64,000 nucleotides of DNA from an uncultured Polaribacter sp. (lineage in GTDB: Bacteria > Bacteroidota > Bacteroidia > Flavobacteriales > Flavobacteriaceae): the NCBI GenBank assembly GCA_964275545.1, contig CAXYCO010000010.1, positions 13,968-77,967 on the forward strand, in the 5' to 3' direction. Position numbers and translations under genes: made by a program. Positions 40,029 through 50,107 of this stretch are shown here, piece after piece. The notes beneath the pieces were generated by a model. It saw nothing but the letters and a program-made list of their open reading frames with translations. It searched no databases and had not been told where the DNA came from. Within the stretch, counting starts at the first letter, position 1. Each line of letters begins with the position of its first letter.

Positions 40029-40948
40029 ATGAAGTTCAATACACCTCAAACATTACAACAAATAGCAACACTTTTAAATATAGATTTTATTGGTGATAAA
40101 AACTTTAAAATTTCAGGAATTAATGAAATTCATGTTGTAGAAAAAGGAGATATTGTTTTTGTCGATCATCCTAAGTATTACGATAAAGCATTAAATTCAG
40201 CTGCAACAACAATTTTAATCAATAAAAAAGTTGAATGTCCTAAAGGAAAATCTCTATTAATATCTGAGGATCCTTTTAGAGATTTTAATAAAATTACAAA
40301 TCATTTCAATCCTTTTTAGCTTCCAAAATACCTCTCTCTGAAACTGCTATTATTGGAGAAGGAACCATTATTCAACCCAATGTATTTATTGGTAATAATG
40401 TTACAATTGGAGCCAATTGTTTAATTCATCCCAACGTTACAATTTATGATCATACAGTAATTGGAGATCATGTAACTATTCATGCAAATACAGTTTTAGG
40501 TTCTGATGCTTTCTACTACAAAAATAGAGTAACTGGTTTTGATAAATTAATTTCTGCCGGAAGAGTGGTTTTGGAAGATCATGTAGATCTGGGGGCTTCT
40601 TGTACAATTGACAGAGGGGTAACAGGAGATACAACCATTGGTAGAGGAACCAAAATAGACAATCAGGTTCATGTTGGTCATGACACTCTTATTGGAAAGA
40701 AATGTTTAATTGCCTCTCAAACAGGTATTGCTGGTTGTACAGTGATAGAAGATGAGGTAACTATTTGGGGACAAGTTGGTATTAATAGCGGTGTTTTAAT
40801 TGAGAAAGGTAGTGTTCTTATGGGACAAACAGGTGTTACTAAATCATTGAAAAAGGATATTTATTATGGTACTCCTCAGGTACCATACCGTCAAAAATTA
40901 CGAGAAACTATTTATCTTAAGAATATACTAAGTGTCCAGAAAAAGTGA
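40029..40948 (+). CDS. Second LpxD-like acyltransferase, split by a missing T in T5 at 40313-40317
   Basis: ORF 40029-40319 (LpxD N-domain) continues in another frame as [28 protein letters not shown]...GSDAFYYK into ORF 40565-40948 ([16 protein letters not shown]). Confidence 0.88.
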
Positions 40949-41049
40949 TTCAATATTCGTTGTATAAAGAGATAAAAAGACTTATTTTCGCACAATCTTA
41001 AAACGATTAAATTTTAATTGAAAATTTAACAAGATAAAAAAACAAACAA

Positions 41050-41922
41050 ATGAGCGTTTTAGTAAATAAAGATTCAAAAATTATAGTTCAAGGTTTTACA
41101 GGTAGTGAAGGTACCTTTCACGCTGGTCAAATGATTGATTATGGAACCAATGTTGTTGGTGGTGTTACACCAGGTAAAGGAGGGCAAGAACATTTAGGGA
41201 AACCGGTTTTTAATACAGTAAAAGAATCTGTAGAAAAAGTAGGAGCAGACACTTCTATTATTTTTGTTCCACCAGCATTTGCTGCAGATGCAATTATGGA
41301 ATCTGCAGATGCAGGAATTAAAGTAATTATTTGTATTACTGAAGGAATTCCTACTGCAGACATGGTAAAAGTTAAAGCGTATATAGATAATAAGGATTGT
41401 AGGTTAGTTGGACCTAACTGCCCTGGAGTAATTACTCCAGATGAAGCTAAAGTTGGTATTATGCCAGGTTTTATTTTCAAAAAAGGTAAAGTTGGTATTG
41501 TTTCTAAATCAGGAACATTAACTTATGAAGCAGCAGATCAAGTTGTAAAACAAGGATTTGGAATCACGACTGCAATTGGTATTGGAGGAGATCCGATTAT
41601 AGGAACTACCACTAAAGAAGCTGTTGAGTTATTAATGAATGATGATGAAACTGAAGCTATTGTGATGATTGGAGAAATAGGAGGAAATCTTGAAGCTGAA
41701 GCTGCACAATGGATTAAAGCTGATGGAAATAGAAAACCAGTTGTTGGTTTTATTGCAGGTCAAACTGCACCAGCAGGGAGAACAATGGGGCATGCAGGAG
41801 CAATTGTGGGTGGAGCAGATGATACTGCACAAGCAAAAATGAAGATTTTATCTGAAAATGGAGTTCATGTTGTGAGCTCTCCAGCTAAAATAGGAGAAAT
41901 GGTAGCGAGTGTTTTAAATTAA
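41050..41922 (+). CDS. sucD: Succinyl-CoA ligase subunit alpha
   Basis: [33 protein letters not shown]. Confidence 0.98.
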   Translation: MSVLVNKDSKIIVQGFTGSEGTFHAGQMIDYGTNVVGGVTPGKGGQEHLGKPVFNTVKESVEKVGADTSIIFVPPAFAADAIMESADAGIKVIICITEGIPTADMVKVKAYIDNKDCRLVGPNCPGVITPDEAKVGIMPGFIFKKGKVGIVSKSGTLTYEAADQVVKQGFGITTAIGIGGDPIIGTTTKEAVELLMNDDETEAIVMIGEIGGNLEAEAAQWIKADGNRKPVVGFIAGQTAPAGRTMGHAGAIVGGADDTAQAKMKILSENGVHVVSSPAKIGEMVASVLN

Positions 41923-41953
41923 GATTCTATTCTAAATTTTAGAAAAAAATATA

Positions 41954-42004
41954 AAATTCCTGTTTATGCTGAACTAATTTCAACATATCGGGAATTTCTT
42001 TTTT
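41954..42004 (+). terminator. Long imperfect hairpin/terminator after sucD
   Basis: AAATTCC..ATGCTGAA-CTAAT-TTCAACAT..GGAATTT followed by T run. Confidence 0.6.
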
Positions 42005-42031
42005 ATATTTGGTAATAAACAAAGAAGTGTT

Positions 42032-42778
42032 ATGAAATTATTAGAAAATAAAACAGCAATTATTACAGGAGCTTCCAGAGGAATTGGAAGAGGGATAGCT
42101 TTAGAATTTGCAAAACAAGGAGCAAATGTTGCTTTTACATATAGTTCTTCAGTAGATGCTGCTTTGGCTCTAGAAAACGAATTAAAAGAGCTAGGCATCA
42201 ACGCAAAGGGATACCAATCTAATGCTGCAAATTTTGATGCTGCACAGAATTTAGCAAAGGAAGTTTTAACAGATTTTGGTTCCATAGATATTTTAATTAA
42301 TAATGCAGGAATTACTAAAGATAATTTATTAATGCGTATTTCTGAAGACGATTTTGATAAAGTAATCGAAGTTAACCTAAAATCAGTTTTTAATTTAACA
42401 AAAGCTGTAATTCGTCCAATGATGAAACAACGCAAAGGTTCTATTATTAATATGAGTTCTGTAGTTGGTTTAAAAGGAAACGCAGGTCAGACAAATTATG
42501 CTGCTTCAAAGGCTGGTATAGTTGGTTTTTCTAAATCTGTAGCTTTAGAATTAGGGTCAAGAAACGTTAGAAGTAATGTTATTGCACCAGGTTTTATAGA
42601 AACTGAAATGACTTCAAAGTTAGACGAAGCTACTGTTCAATCTTGGCGAGATGGAATTCCTCTAAAACGTGGAGGAACTCCGAAGGATATAGCCAATGCA
42701 TGCGTATTTTTGGCATCAGATATGAGTTCTTATATCACAGGACAAACATTGTCTGTAGACGGAGGGATGTTAACCTAA
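42032..42778 (+). CDS. fabG: 3-oxoacyl-ACP reductase
   Basis: TGASRGIG, NNAGITKD, YAASK, APGFIETEMT. Confidence 0.96.
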   Translation: MKLLENKTAIITGASRGIGRGIALEFAKQGANVAFTYSSSVDAALALENELKELGINAKGYQSNAANFDAAQNLAKEVLTDFGSIDILINNAGITKDNLLMRISEDDFDKVIEVNLKSVFNLTKAVIRPMMKQRKGSIINMSSVVGLKGNAGQTNYAASKAGIVGFSKSVALELGSRNVRSNVIAPGFIETEMTSKLDEATVQSWRDGIPLKRGGTPKDIANACVFLASDMSSYITGQTLSVDGGMLT

Positions 42779-42797
42779 TTTATAAATAGATACATTT

Positions 42798-42840
42798 AAA
42801 AAGAGCTTTGCTATTCTAAAAATAGCGGAGCTTTTTTTTT
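42798..42840 (+). terminator. Intrinsic terminator after fabG
   Basis: AAAGAGCTTTGCTAT...ATAGCGGAGCTTTTTTTTT. Confidence 0.75.
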
Positions 42841-43257
42841 AGAACTTATAATTTGCTAACTGCTTCTTAAATAATTCCTCTCTCACAAATTTCTCATTCC
42901 AATAACAAACTTCATATAGGTATTAGTTTTTTTTAATCTTACTTTGGTATGATCTTTCCTACTATTATGTTCAATAAAAATATTGTTTAGTTTTACATCT
43001 GAAAATTAATACTATTTATTGGTACTATCAAAACAGTTTTTTTGCTAGACTGATAAATTCATTATTTTAAATATGGACATCTAGGAATCATAATTTTATT
43101 TCGTAATAAGAATGTGTATAGCAATAGATTTGTCTTGAAGAGTATTAGATTTTTTATTTCTTAATTATATAAATTAACTGAACAGTTTTAAATAATTAAT
43201 GGTGCAGTTTTTTGTTTTAAGATAGTTCTTTATATCTTTCGGTTTAAATAAATATCA

Positions 43258-45285
43258 TTGCAAACAACAACACTTTTATATCTTTTATTGGCATTACTAT
43301 TGAGTATCTCAATCGCTTATTTTCAATATTTCTTTAAGAATACAAATAAGACCAAAGTGAATACCATATTGTTTGTTTTACGTACATTAAGTATTTTCTT
43401 ATTAGTATTGTTACTGATAAACCCAACAATAAATAAACAAGAAATAAAAAACATTAAACCAATTCTTTCTGTTTTAATTGATAATTCTCAATCAACAAGG
43501 TATTTTCAACAAGAAAATAATATTGAACAAACTTTACAAAAAATAAAAAGAAGTAAGGGTATTAATGAAAAATTTGATGTGCAATTATTTTCTTTTGGTA
43601 CTTCTTTAAATACATTAGACAGTTTATCTTTCGATGAAAATCATACCAATATCTCTAATGCACTTACTTCTGTAAATGAATTATATAAAAATGATTTAGG
43701 TGCAATTTTAATGCTTACAGATGGCAACCAAACCATTGGCAACGATTATGAGTTTACGAACTCTAAACAAACAATTTTCCCTTTGGTTATAGGAGATACA
43801 ACACAGTATAAGGACCTTAAGATTAATCAATTAAATGTAAATAAGTATAGTTATATTAAAAATAAATTTCCTGTAGAAGTTTTAGTATTATATGAAGGTA
43901 AAGAAAATGTAACAACCAGATTTGTAATTAGTAATAAGGGAAAAACAATCTTTTCAAAAAAAGTTCGTTTTTCTCCATCCAAAAAAAGTGAAACTATTTT
44001 AGCAAATTTACAGGCAACTAGTGAAGGACAAAATTACTTTACAGCTTCGATAAGAAAACTTACCAATGAGAAAAATACTAAAAATAATATTAAAAATTTC
44101 TCTGTAGAGGTAATTAACGAGCAAACAAAAGTATTAATTTTATCTTCCGTCATGCACCCAGATTTAGGTGCTCTAAAAAAAGCGATAGAAAGAAATAAAC
44201 AACGAACAGTTGATATTGAATTAATTCATGAATTTAATGGTGAATTAAATGACTATCAGTTAGTTGTATTGTATCAACCCAATACTAAGTTTGTTAAAGC
44301 TGTTACTTATTTAAAACAGCAGAATTTAAATTATTTTGCTATTTCTGGTTCAAAAACAGATTGGGATTTCATAAATAAACAACAATTGGGCTTTACTAAA
44401 AAAGCGATTAATCAGACAGAAAATTACACAGCAAAATACAATGAAGGTTTTTTAACTTTTTTACAAAAGGATATTGGTTTCAATCAATTTTCTCCATTGA
44501 AAGATAAATATGGAGACGTTGCTATTTCAAAATCATATCAAACAATTTTGTATCAGATCATCAATGGAATTGAAACGAACCAACCCTTATTATTAACTTT
44601 TGAGCAGAATAATCAAAAATCTGCTGTTTTGTTTGGTGAAGGAATCTGGAAATGGAGATCGGCTAGTTTTTTAAATAGTAACTCATTTCAAGATTTTGAT
44701 GAATTTATTGGAAATTTAGTACAATATTTAGCATCAAACAAAAAAAGAAATAGGCTAGAGGTGGCATCAGAGAGTTTATATGCTTCTAACTCAATAATTA
44801 ATATAGCTGCTTTTTATACAGATAAAAATTTTAATTTTGATAATAGAGCTTCCTTAGAGATAACTATTACAAATTTGGAAACGAAAGAATTTAAGAAACT
44901 TCCTTTTTCATTAGTTAATAATTCATATCAAGTAGAAATTGAAAATTTAACTGCAGGAGAGTATTCTTATAAAGTTTCAGTTGATGGTCAAAATATTAAT
45001 AAATTTGGAAAATTTATAATTACTGACTTTAAAATTGAGGAGCAGTATACAAATGCCAATTATAAAAAGCTAAAAAAACTGTCAAACAAAACGGGAGGAA
45101 AACTATATTTTACAGATAAAATAGATGCCGCTTTAGAGGATTTTATAAGTAATAAATTATATTATACAACACAAAAATCAACATTAAAAAAGCAGAACTT
45201 AATACAGTGGAAATGGATTTTATTTATTGTAATTGGTTTATTATCAATAGAGTGGTTTGTTAGAAAGTATTATGGTAAAATATAA
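43258..45285 (+). CDS. VWA-domain membrane-anchored protein
   Basis: Two N-terminal TMs, MIDAS DNSQS...T...LTDGN, GEGIWKWR, C-terminal TM EWFVRK; TTG start. Confidence 0.8.
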   Translation: MQTTTLLYLLLALLLSISIAYFQYFFKNTNKTKVNTILFVLRTLSIFLLVLLLINPTINKQEIKNIKPILSVLIDNSQSTRYFQQENNIEQTLQKIKRSKGINEKFDVQLFSFGTSLNTLDSLSFDENHTNISNALTSVNELYKNDLGAILMLTDGNQTIGNDYEFTNSKQTIFPLVIGDTTQYKDLKINQLNVNKYSYIKNKFPVEVLVLYEGKENVTTRFVISNKGKTIFSKKVRFSPSKKSETILANLQATSEGQNYFTASIRKLTNEKNTKNNIKNFSVEVINEQTKVLILSSVMHPDLGALKKAIERNKQRTVDIELIHEFNGELNDYQLVVLYQPNTKFVKAVTYLKQQNLNYFAISGSKTDWDFINKQQLGFTKKAINQTENYTAKYNEGFLTFLQKDIGFNQFSPLKDKYGDVAISKSYQTILYQIINGIETNQPLLLTFEQNNQKSAVLFGEGIWKWRSASFLNSNSFQDFDEFIGNLVQYLASNKKRNRLEVASESLYASNSIINIAAFYTDKNFNFDNRASLEITITNLETKEFKKLPFSLVNNSYQVEIENLTAGEYSYKVSVDGQNINKFGKFIITDFKIEEQYTNANYKKLKKLSNKTGGKLYFTDKIDAALEDFISNKLYYTTQKSTLKKQNLIQWKWILFIVIGLLSIEWFVRKYYGKI

Positions 45286-45542
45286 TAAAAAAAGTTTTAA
45301 GACATTCCTTAAAAATAGTGCACTTAGAAGTTCTATCAAGCTATATAGGTCTAAATTAATACTATTATTTAATACATGAAATTTAATAACAATTTTAATA
45401 TTTATAATTATAAACTGTATTATTTTTTTTTTTGTAAAGTATTAATTTCATCCACTAATATTCTAATGAATATTGTTTCAATATATGTATAGGAATTAAA
45501 ATCTTTAATTGTAAATTTGATTTAAATATAAAATTAATAATA

Positions 45543-46379
45543 ATGGCAAATAATCAACAAATAGATTTTAAATTACCAAAGGGAGGATTATTTTTTATTG
45601 TCCTTGCAGTAGTTGTAATAATTCTTTTTTCAAAATCAACAGTAACTATAAAATCTGGTCAAGCTGGAGTTTTATATAAAACTTTTGGAGGTGGTGTTGT
45701 AACTGATGAACCATCTTTAGGTGAGGGTTTTCAAATAGTAGCACCTTGGAATAAAGTTTTTATATATGAAGTACGTCAGCAAGAAATCTTTGAAAAAATG
45801 CAAGTTTTATCATCTAATGGATTGGAAATTCAATTAGAAGCCTCCGCATGGTTTCAACCTCAAACAGAGAATATAGGTTTATTGCACCAAGAAAAAGGAG
45901 AAAATTATATTTCTAGAGTGATACAGCCAGCAATTAGATCTGCAGCAAGAAGTGTTGTAGGGCGTTATACTCCAGAACAATTATATTCTAGTAAAAGAGA
46001 TATAATCCAAACTGAAATTTTTGAAGAAACTAAAAAAATTCTTGACAATCAACACATTCAATTAAACGAAGTTTTAGTTAGAGATGTAACCTTACCGTCA
46101 ACAATTAAAGATGCAATTGAGCGTAAGTTAAAGCAAGAACAGGAATCTTTAGAATATGAATTTCGACTAGTTACTGCAAAAAAAGAAGCAGAAAAGCAAA
46201 TTATTGAAGCACAAGGTAAAGCAGATGCAAACCGAATTTTAAGTGCTTCATTAACTGATAAAATTTTACAGGATAAAGGAATTGAAGCTACAATTAAATT
46301 GTCTGAATCTCCAAACAGTAAAGTAATTGTAATAGGTTCTGCAAAAGATGGATTGCCAATCATATTAGGAAATCAGTAA
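45543..46379 (+). CDS. SPFH/prohibitin (Band 7) family protein
   Basis: N-terminal TM, EGFQIVAPWN, IRSAARSVVG, EAEKQIIEAQGKADAN. Confidence 0.92.
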   Translation: MANNQQIDFKLPKGGLFFIVLAVVVIILFSKSTVTIKSGQAGVLYKTFGGGVVTDEPSLGEGFQIVAPWNKVFIYEVRQQEIFEKMQVLSSNGLEIQLEASAWFQPQTENIGLLHQEKGENYISRVIQPAIRSAARSVVGRYTPEQLYSSKRDIIQTEIFEETKKILDNQHIQLNEVLVRDVTLPSTIKDAIERKLKQEQESLEYEFRLVTAKKEAEKQIIEAQGKADANRILSASLTDKILQDKGIEATIKLSESPNSKVIVIGSAKDGLPIILGNQ

Positions 46380-46402
46380 GATAATATTTCGATCAAAAAA
46401 TT

Positions 46403-46431
46403 AAAATCCAGCTTTTAGGCTGGATTTTTTT
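46403..46431. terminator. Bidirectional terminator
   Basis: AAAATCCAGC-TTTTAG-GCTGGATTTTTTT between convergent genes. Confidence 0.8.
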
Positions 46432-46442
46432 ATATCATAAAA

Positions 46443-47675
46443 TTACGTATTTAAATTTTTAACCCTTTCCAATAAAGTTGGGTGTGAATAATGCATAAAA
46501 ACATACGCAGGATGAGGAGTTAAATTACTCAAGCTATTTTTTGATAACTTTTTAAGTGATGAAATTAAAGGTTTTGCAGCAAAGGTTTCTTTCGCATAAT
46601 TATCTGCTTGATATTCAAAAATACGTGAAATATAATTCATAAATAGTCCCGTTATTTCTGATATTGGTGAATATAAGATTCCGAAAACTATGAGTCCAAT
46701 ATGAAAACTTGGTATCGATATTTCTAAAGCTTCTGATAAAACGGAGGAGTTAATACATAGTGATAAAAGAAACAATGTAAAACCTGTTATTAGGATAGAT
46801 GTAGACAAATTAAAAACTATGTGTTTTCTTTTATAATGTCCTACCTCGTGTGCTAAAACAGCTACAATCTCATCAGTTTCTAAATCATTTATTAAAGTAT
46901 CGAAAAGTGTTATTCTTTTTTGAGAACCAAAACCAGAAAAATAGGCATTTGCTTTTGATGAACGTTTTGAGCCATCAATCACAAAAATATTCTCTAACGT
47001 AAAACCAACTTTTTTCGCATATTTTTCGATAGCCAATTTTAATTCTCCGTCTTCCAATTGAGTTTGTTTATTAAATAGAGGAACAATTATTTTTGCATAA
47101 AACATATTCATAAACAAAGAAAAAACAGTTATTAATCCCCAAGCATACATCCAGAAGTTATCTCCTCCAAATTCATAAAACCAGATAATTAATGCTAAAA
47201 TACTACCTCCAAGAATTGCAGACATTCCCCAGCCTTTTATTTTATCGATCCAAAAAAGCTTCTTTGTCGATTTGTTAAAACCAAATTTTTCTTCAATTAC
47301 AAAAGTTTTGTAATAAGAGAAAGGTGTTGTTAAAATATCGGAGCCAACCATAATAACTCCAAAGAAAATTAAAGCGACTAGAACTGAATTCTCAGAATAA
47401 CTCCTTGCAAAATCATCTACATATTTAAATCCATCTAAGAAAAAGAATCCTATCGTTACTAATATAGAAAATAAAGCGTTAATACTAGAAAACTTTGCAT
47501 TTGCCTTTTTGTAATCTTGAGATTTCTTGTATTCGTCTTTATCATAAACATCTGCTAATTCTGCTGGAATGTCATCATTAAAATGTTTTGCGTTTAAGGC
47601 ATCTAATACCTTATCAATTATAAAACTGATGAGTAGAATTAAAATTAGAATATAGAATAGAGTAGTAGGTTGCAT
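46443..47675 (-). CDS. M48 family (Ste24-like) membrane zinc metallopeptidase
   Basis: DGSKRSSKANAYF, AVLAHEVGH, EYQAD, HYSHPTL. Confidence 0.95.
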   Translation of the reverse strand: MQPTTLFYILILILLISFIIDKVLDALNAKHFNDDIPAELADVYDKDEYKKSQDYKKANAKFSSINALFSILVTIGFFFLDGFKYVDDFARSYSENSVLVALIFFGVIMVGSDILTTPFSYYKTFVIEEKFGFNKSTKKLFWIDKIKGWGMSAILGGSILALIIWFYEFGGDNFWMYAWGLITVFSLFMNMFYAKIIVPLFNKQTQLEDGELKLAIEKYAKKVGFTLENIFVIDGSKRSSKANAYFSGFGSQKRITLFDTLINDLETDEIVAVLAHEVGHYKRKHIVFNLSTSILITGFTLFLLSLCINSSVLSEALEISIPSFHIGLIVFGILYSPISEITGLFMNYISRIFEYQADNYAKETFAAKPLISSLKKLSKNSLSNLTPHPAYVFMHYSHPTLLERVKNLNT

Positions 47676-47793
47676 TATTTTTAATAATTATGGTTAAACC
47701 AAATTTTGTTGTATTATTTGTGAATTTTAAAATTAACTTTCTTTCTATAGAATAAGCTACAACCAATAAAATATATCATTACTAAAAACTATC

Positions 47794-48585
47794 CTAAAAA
47801 CCTCTCTGTCTCTTGGCTTCAAAAAGAATAATAGCTAAAGAAACAGAAACATTCATAGAGTCTATTTGACCTTGCATTGGTATATTAATGTTTTGTGTTG
47901 CGTTTTCTCTCCAAATTTCTGTTAAGCCTGTAGCTTCCGTTCCAACAACAATTGCTGAAGATATGGTATAATTTTCTTTATAATACGGATTAGAATTTTG
48001 GAGAGTAGCAGCATATATATTAATGTTTTTTTCTTTTAAGAACGCTATAATTTCTTCTGATGTTCCTGTAGCAATTTGATTCGTAAAAACGCAACCAACA
48101 CTTGATCTAATTACATTAGTATTGTATAAATCTGTCTTTGGATTTGCAATAAAAACTGCATCTATATTAGCAGCATCTGCAGTTCTTAGTATTGCACCTA
48201 TATTCCCTGGTTTTTCTGTTGCTTCTGCAATTATAACCAACGGGTTTTCAGATTTAAACTTAATATTTTTTAATGAGAAATCTTTCGTTTTTACAATAGC
48301 AATAATACCTTCTGTAGAAACTCTGTAGGCTATTTTTTGATAGACTTCTTTAGAAATTTTTATTCTATTTATATTTTCGTTAAATAAATGTAGAATCTCG
48401 TCTTCAGAAATAATTTCCGGGTAAAATAAAATAGTTTCAAAATTATATTTTCCTTTAATTGCTAAAGAAACTTCACGTTTTCCTTCAACAATAAACACGC
48501 CTTGTTTTTTGCGTTCACGCGCTTTTTCTTGTAGTTTTAATACATTCTTTATATATGAATTCTGAATACTGGTAATCTCTTTCAT
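47794..48585 (-). CDS. TrmH/SpoU family RNA 2'-O-methyltransferase
   Basis: EKPGNIGAILRTADAA, GTEATGL, IPMQGQIDSMNVSVS. Confidence 0.92.
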   Translation of the reverse strand: MKEITSIQNSYIKNVLKLQEKARERKKQGVFIVEGKREVSLAIKGKYNFETILFYPEIISEDEILHLFNENINRIKISKEVYQKIAYRVSTEGIIAIVKTKDFSLKNIKFKSENPLVIIAEATEKPGNIGAILRTADAANIDAVFIANPKTDLYNTNVIRSSVGCVFTNQIATGTSEEIIAFLKEKNINIYAATLQNSNPYYKENYTISSAIVVGTEATGLTEIWRENATQNINIPMQGQIDSMNVSVSLAIILFEAKRQRGF

Positions 48586-48756
48586 TAAGGCAAATATACC
48601 TAATTATAGGTATTGCGTAAAGTCTAAATTATAACAATATTTGTGTATAATATTTTAGATCTTGTTTTTATTAAGTTAAATTATTTGAAAAAGAGAAAGT
48701 TGCTGTGAAATTGAAACAACTAGGTTTAAAATAAATTATTATTTGTTTTTTGATCT

Positions 48757-48786
48757 AAAAAGGCTCGTATTAACGAGCCTTTTTTT
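48757..48786 (-). terminator. Intrinsic terminator after the amidohydrolase pair
   Basis: AAAAAGGCTCGT-ATTA-ACGAGCCTTTTTTT. Confidence 0.85.
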
Positions 48787-48806
48787 ATTACAAATTTAAT
48801 TTATAT

Positions 48807-50102
48807 TTATTCTGATTTGTATTTATTAGAATAACGTTTCCATAATTTTGTTTGATGAGATTCTAGACTAATTTTTCTTCCTTGGATAAAAGCATTTGTT
48901 AGAATATTACCTCTCATATCCAAAGCATCTCCATCGGAAACAAATAGAGTAGCGTCTTTGCCAACTTCCAAGGTTCCTACAATATTATCTATGCCTAAAA
49001 TTTTTGCTGTATTTGATGTTAATAATTTTAAAGCAATTTCTTTATCTAACCCATGTGCAGCAAACGTACCAGCATAAAAAGGTAAGTTACGAGTATTCAT
49101 TCTTTCCATTTGACCTTCCATTCCAATACTAACAAGAATACCATTGTCTGTTAAAACTTTAGCAATTGTGTATGTATAGTCGTAGGCGTCATCTTCATTA
49201 TTTGGATTTCTATGTGGTCTGTCTAAAATTACTGATACGTTATTTTTGACCAAGAAGTCAGTAATGTTTTCTGCTCCTTCTCCGTTAACAACAACAATAT
49301 TATTAATTCCTAATTCTTTTGCCATACTTACTGCATCAATAATTTCTCTTTCTCCACTCACATGGATAAATAATTTTTTTGAAGCATTAAACAAACCTTT
49401 TGTTGCACCAAAAGGTAGGTTTGTTTTTGATTGATTTCCAGATAAATATACCTTAGCATCTGATAGATAATTTTTAATTTTATCAATATTTTCTGGGTAT
49501 TTTTTATTGGGTTTTAGGGCAGGATCTTCTCCGAGCCAAGACCTACCACTTGTAAAGCTTCCTGGCCAATTCATATGAATCGCATCGTCTGTTTTAATTG
49601 CAGCATCTTCCCAGTTCCAAGCATCTAATTGAACTATGGATGAAGTTCCGGAAATGATTCCTCCACGAGGTGTAATTTGGGCCATTAACACTCCATTAGG
49701 TCTCATAGACTCTACAACCTTACTTTCTGCATTATAAGCAATTAAACTTCTGATGTGAGGATTCATGATTCCAATTTCACTTTGATCATCACTTGCTTTT
49801 ACAGCGTCAATTTCTACCAATCCTAAAGTTGAATTTGCAGCAATAAATCCAGGGTATACATGTTTTCCTTGTGCTTTAATAGTTTTACCCATTCGTGCAA
49901 TTTTCATATTTGCACTTCCTACAAAAGTAATTTTCCCATCTTTAAACATAATCAAAGAGTTCTTAATTACTCTTCCATTCCCTAAATGAGCTGTTGCTCC
50001 TTCAATAGAGATTGCTTCTGTTTGTAAATTTCCAGGTGTTTGTTGTGCATTGATATTCCCTAAAACGCAGAAAAGTATCAAACTATATATTATTTTTTTC
50101 AT
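48807..50102 (-). CDS. Secreted amidohydrolase-family protein lacking the HxH metal motif
   Basis: Signal peptide, KDGKI...GKHVYPGFIAANST, GTLEVGKDATLFV. Confidence 0.85.
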   Translation of the reverse strand: MKKIIYSLILFCVLGNINAQQTPGNLQTEAISIEGATAHLGNGRVIKNSLIMFKDGKITFVGSANMKIARMGKTIKAQGKHVYPGFIAANSTLGLVEIDAVKASDDQSEIGIMNPHIRSLIAYNAESKVVESMRPNGVLMAQITPRGGIISGTSSIVQLDAWNWEDAAIKTDDAIHMNWPGSFTSGRSWLGEDPALKPNKKYPENIDKIKNYLSDAKVYLSGNQSKTNLPFGATKGLFNASKKLFIHVSGEREIIDAVSMAKELGINNIVVVNGEGAENITDFLVKNNVSVILDRPHRNPNNEDDAYDYTYTIAKVLTDNGILVSIGMEGQMERMNTRNLPFYAGTFAAHGLDKEIALKLLTSNTAKILGIDNIVGTLEVGKDATLFVSDGDALDMRGNILTNAFIQGRKISLESHQTKLWKRYSNKYKSE

Positions 50103-50107
50103 GAGTA

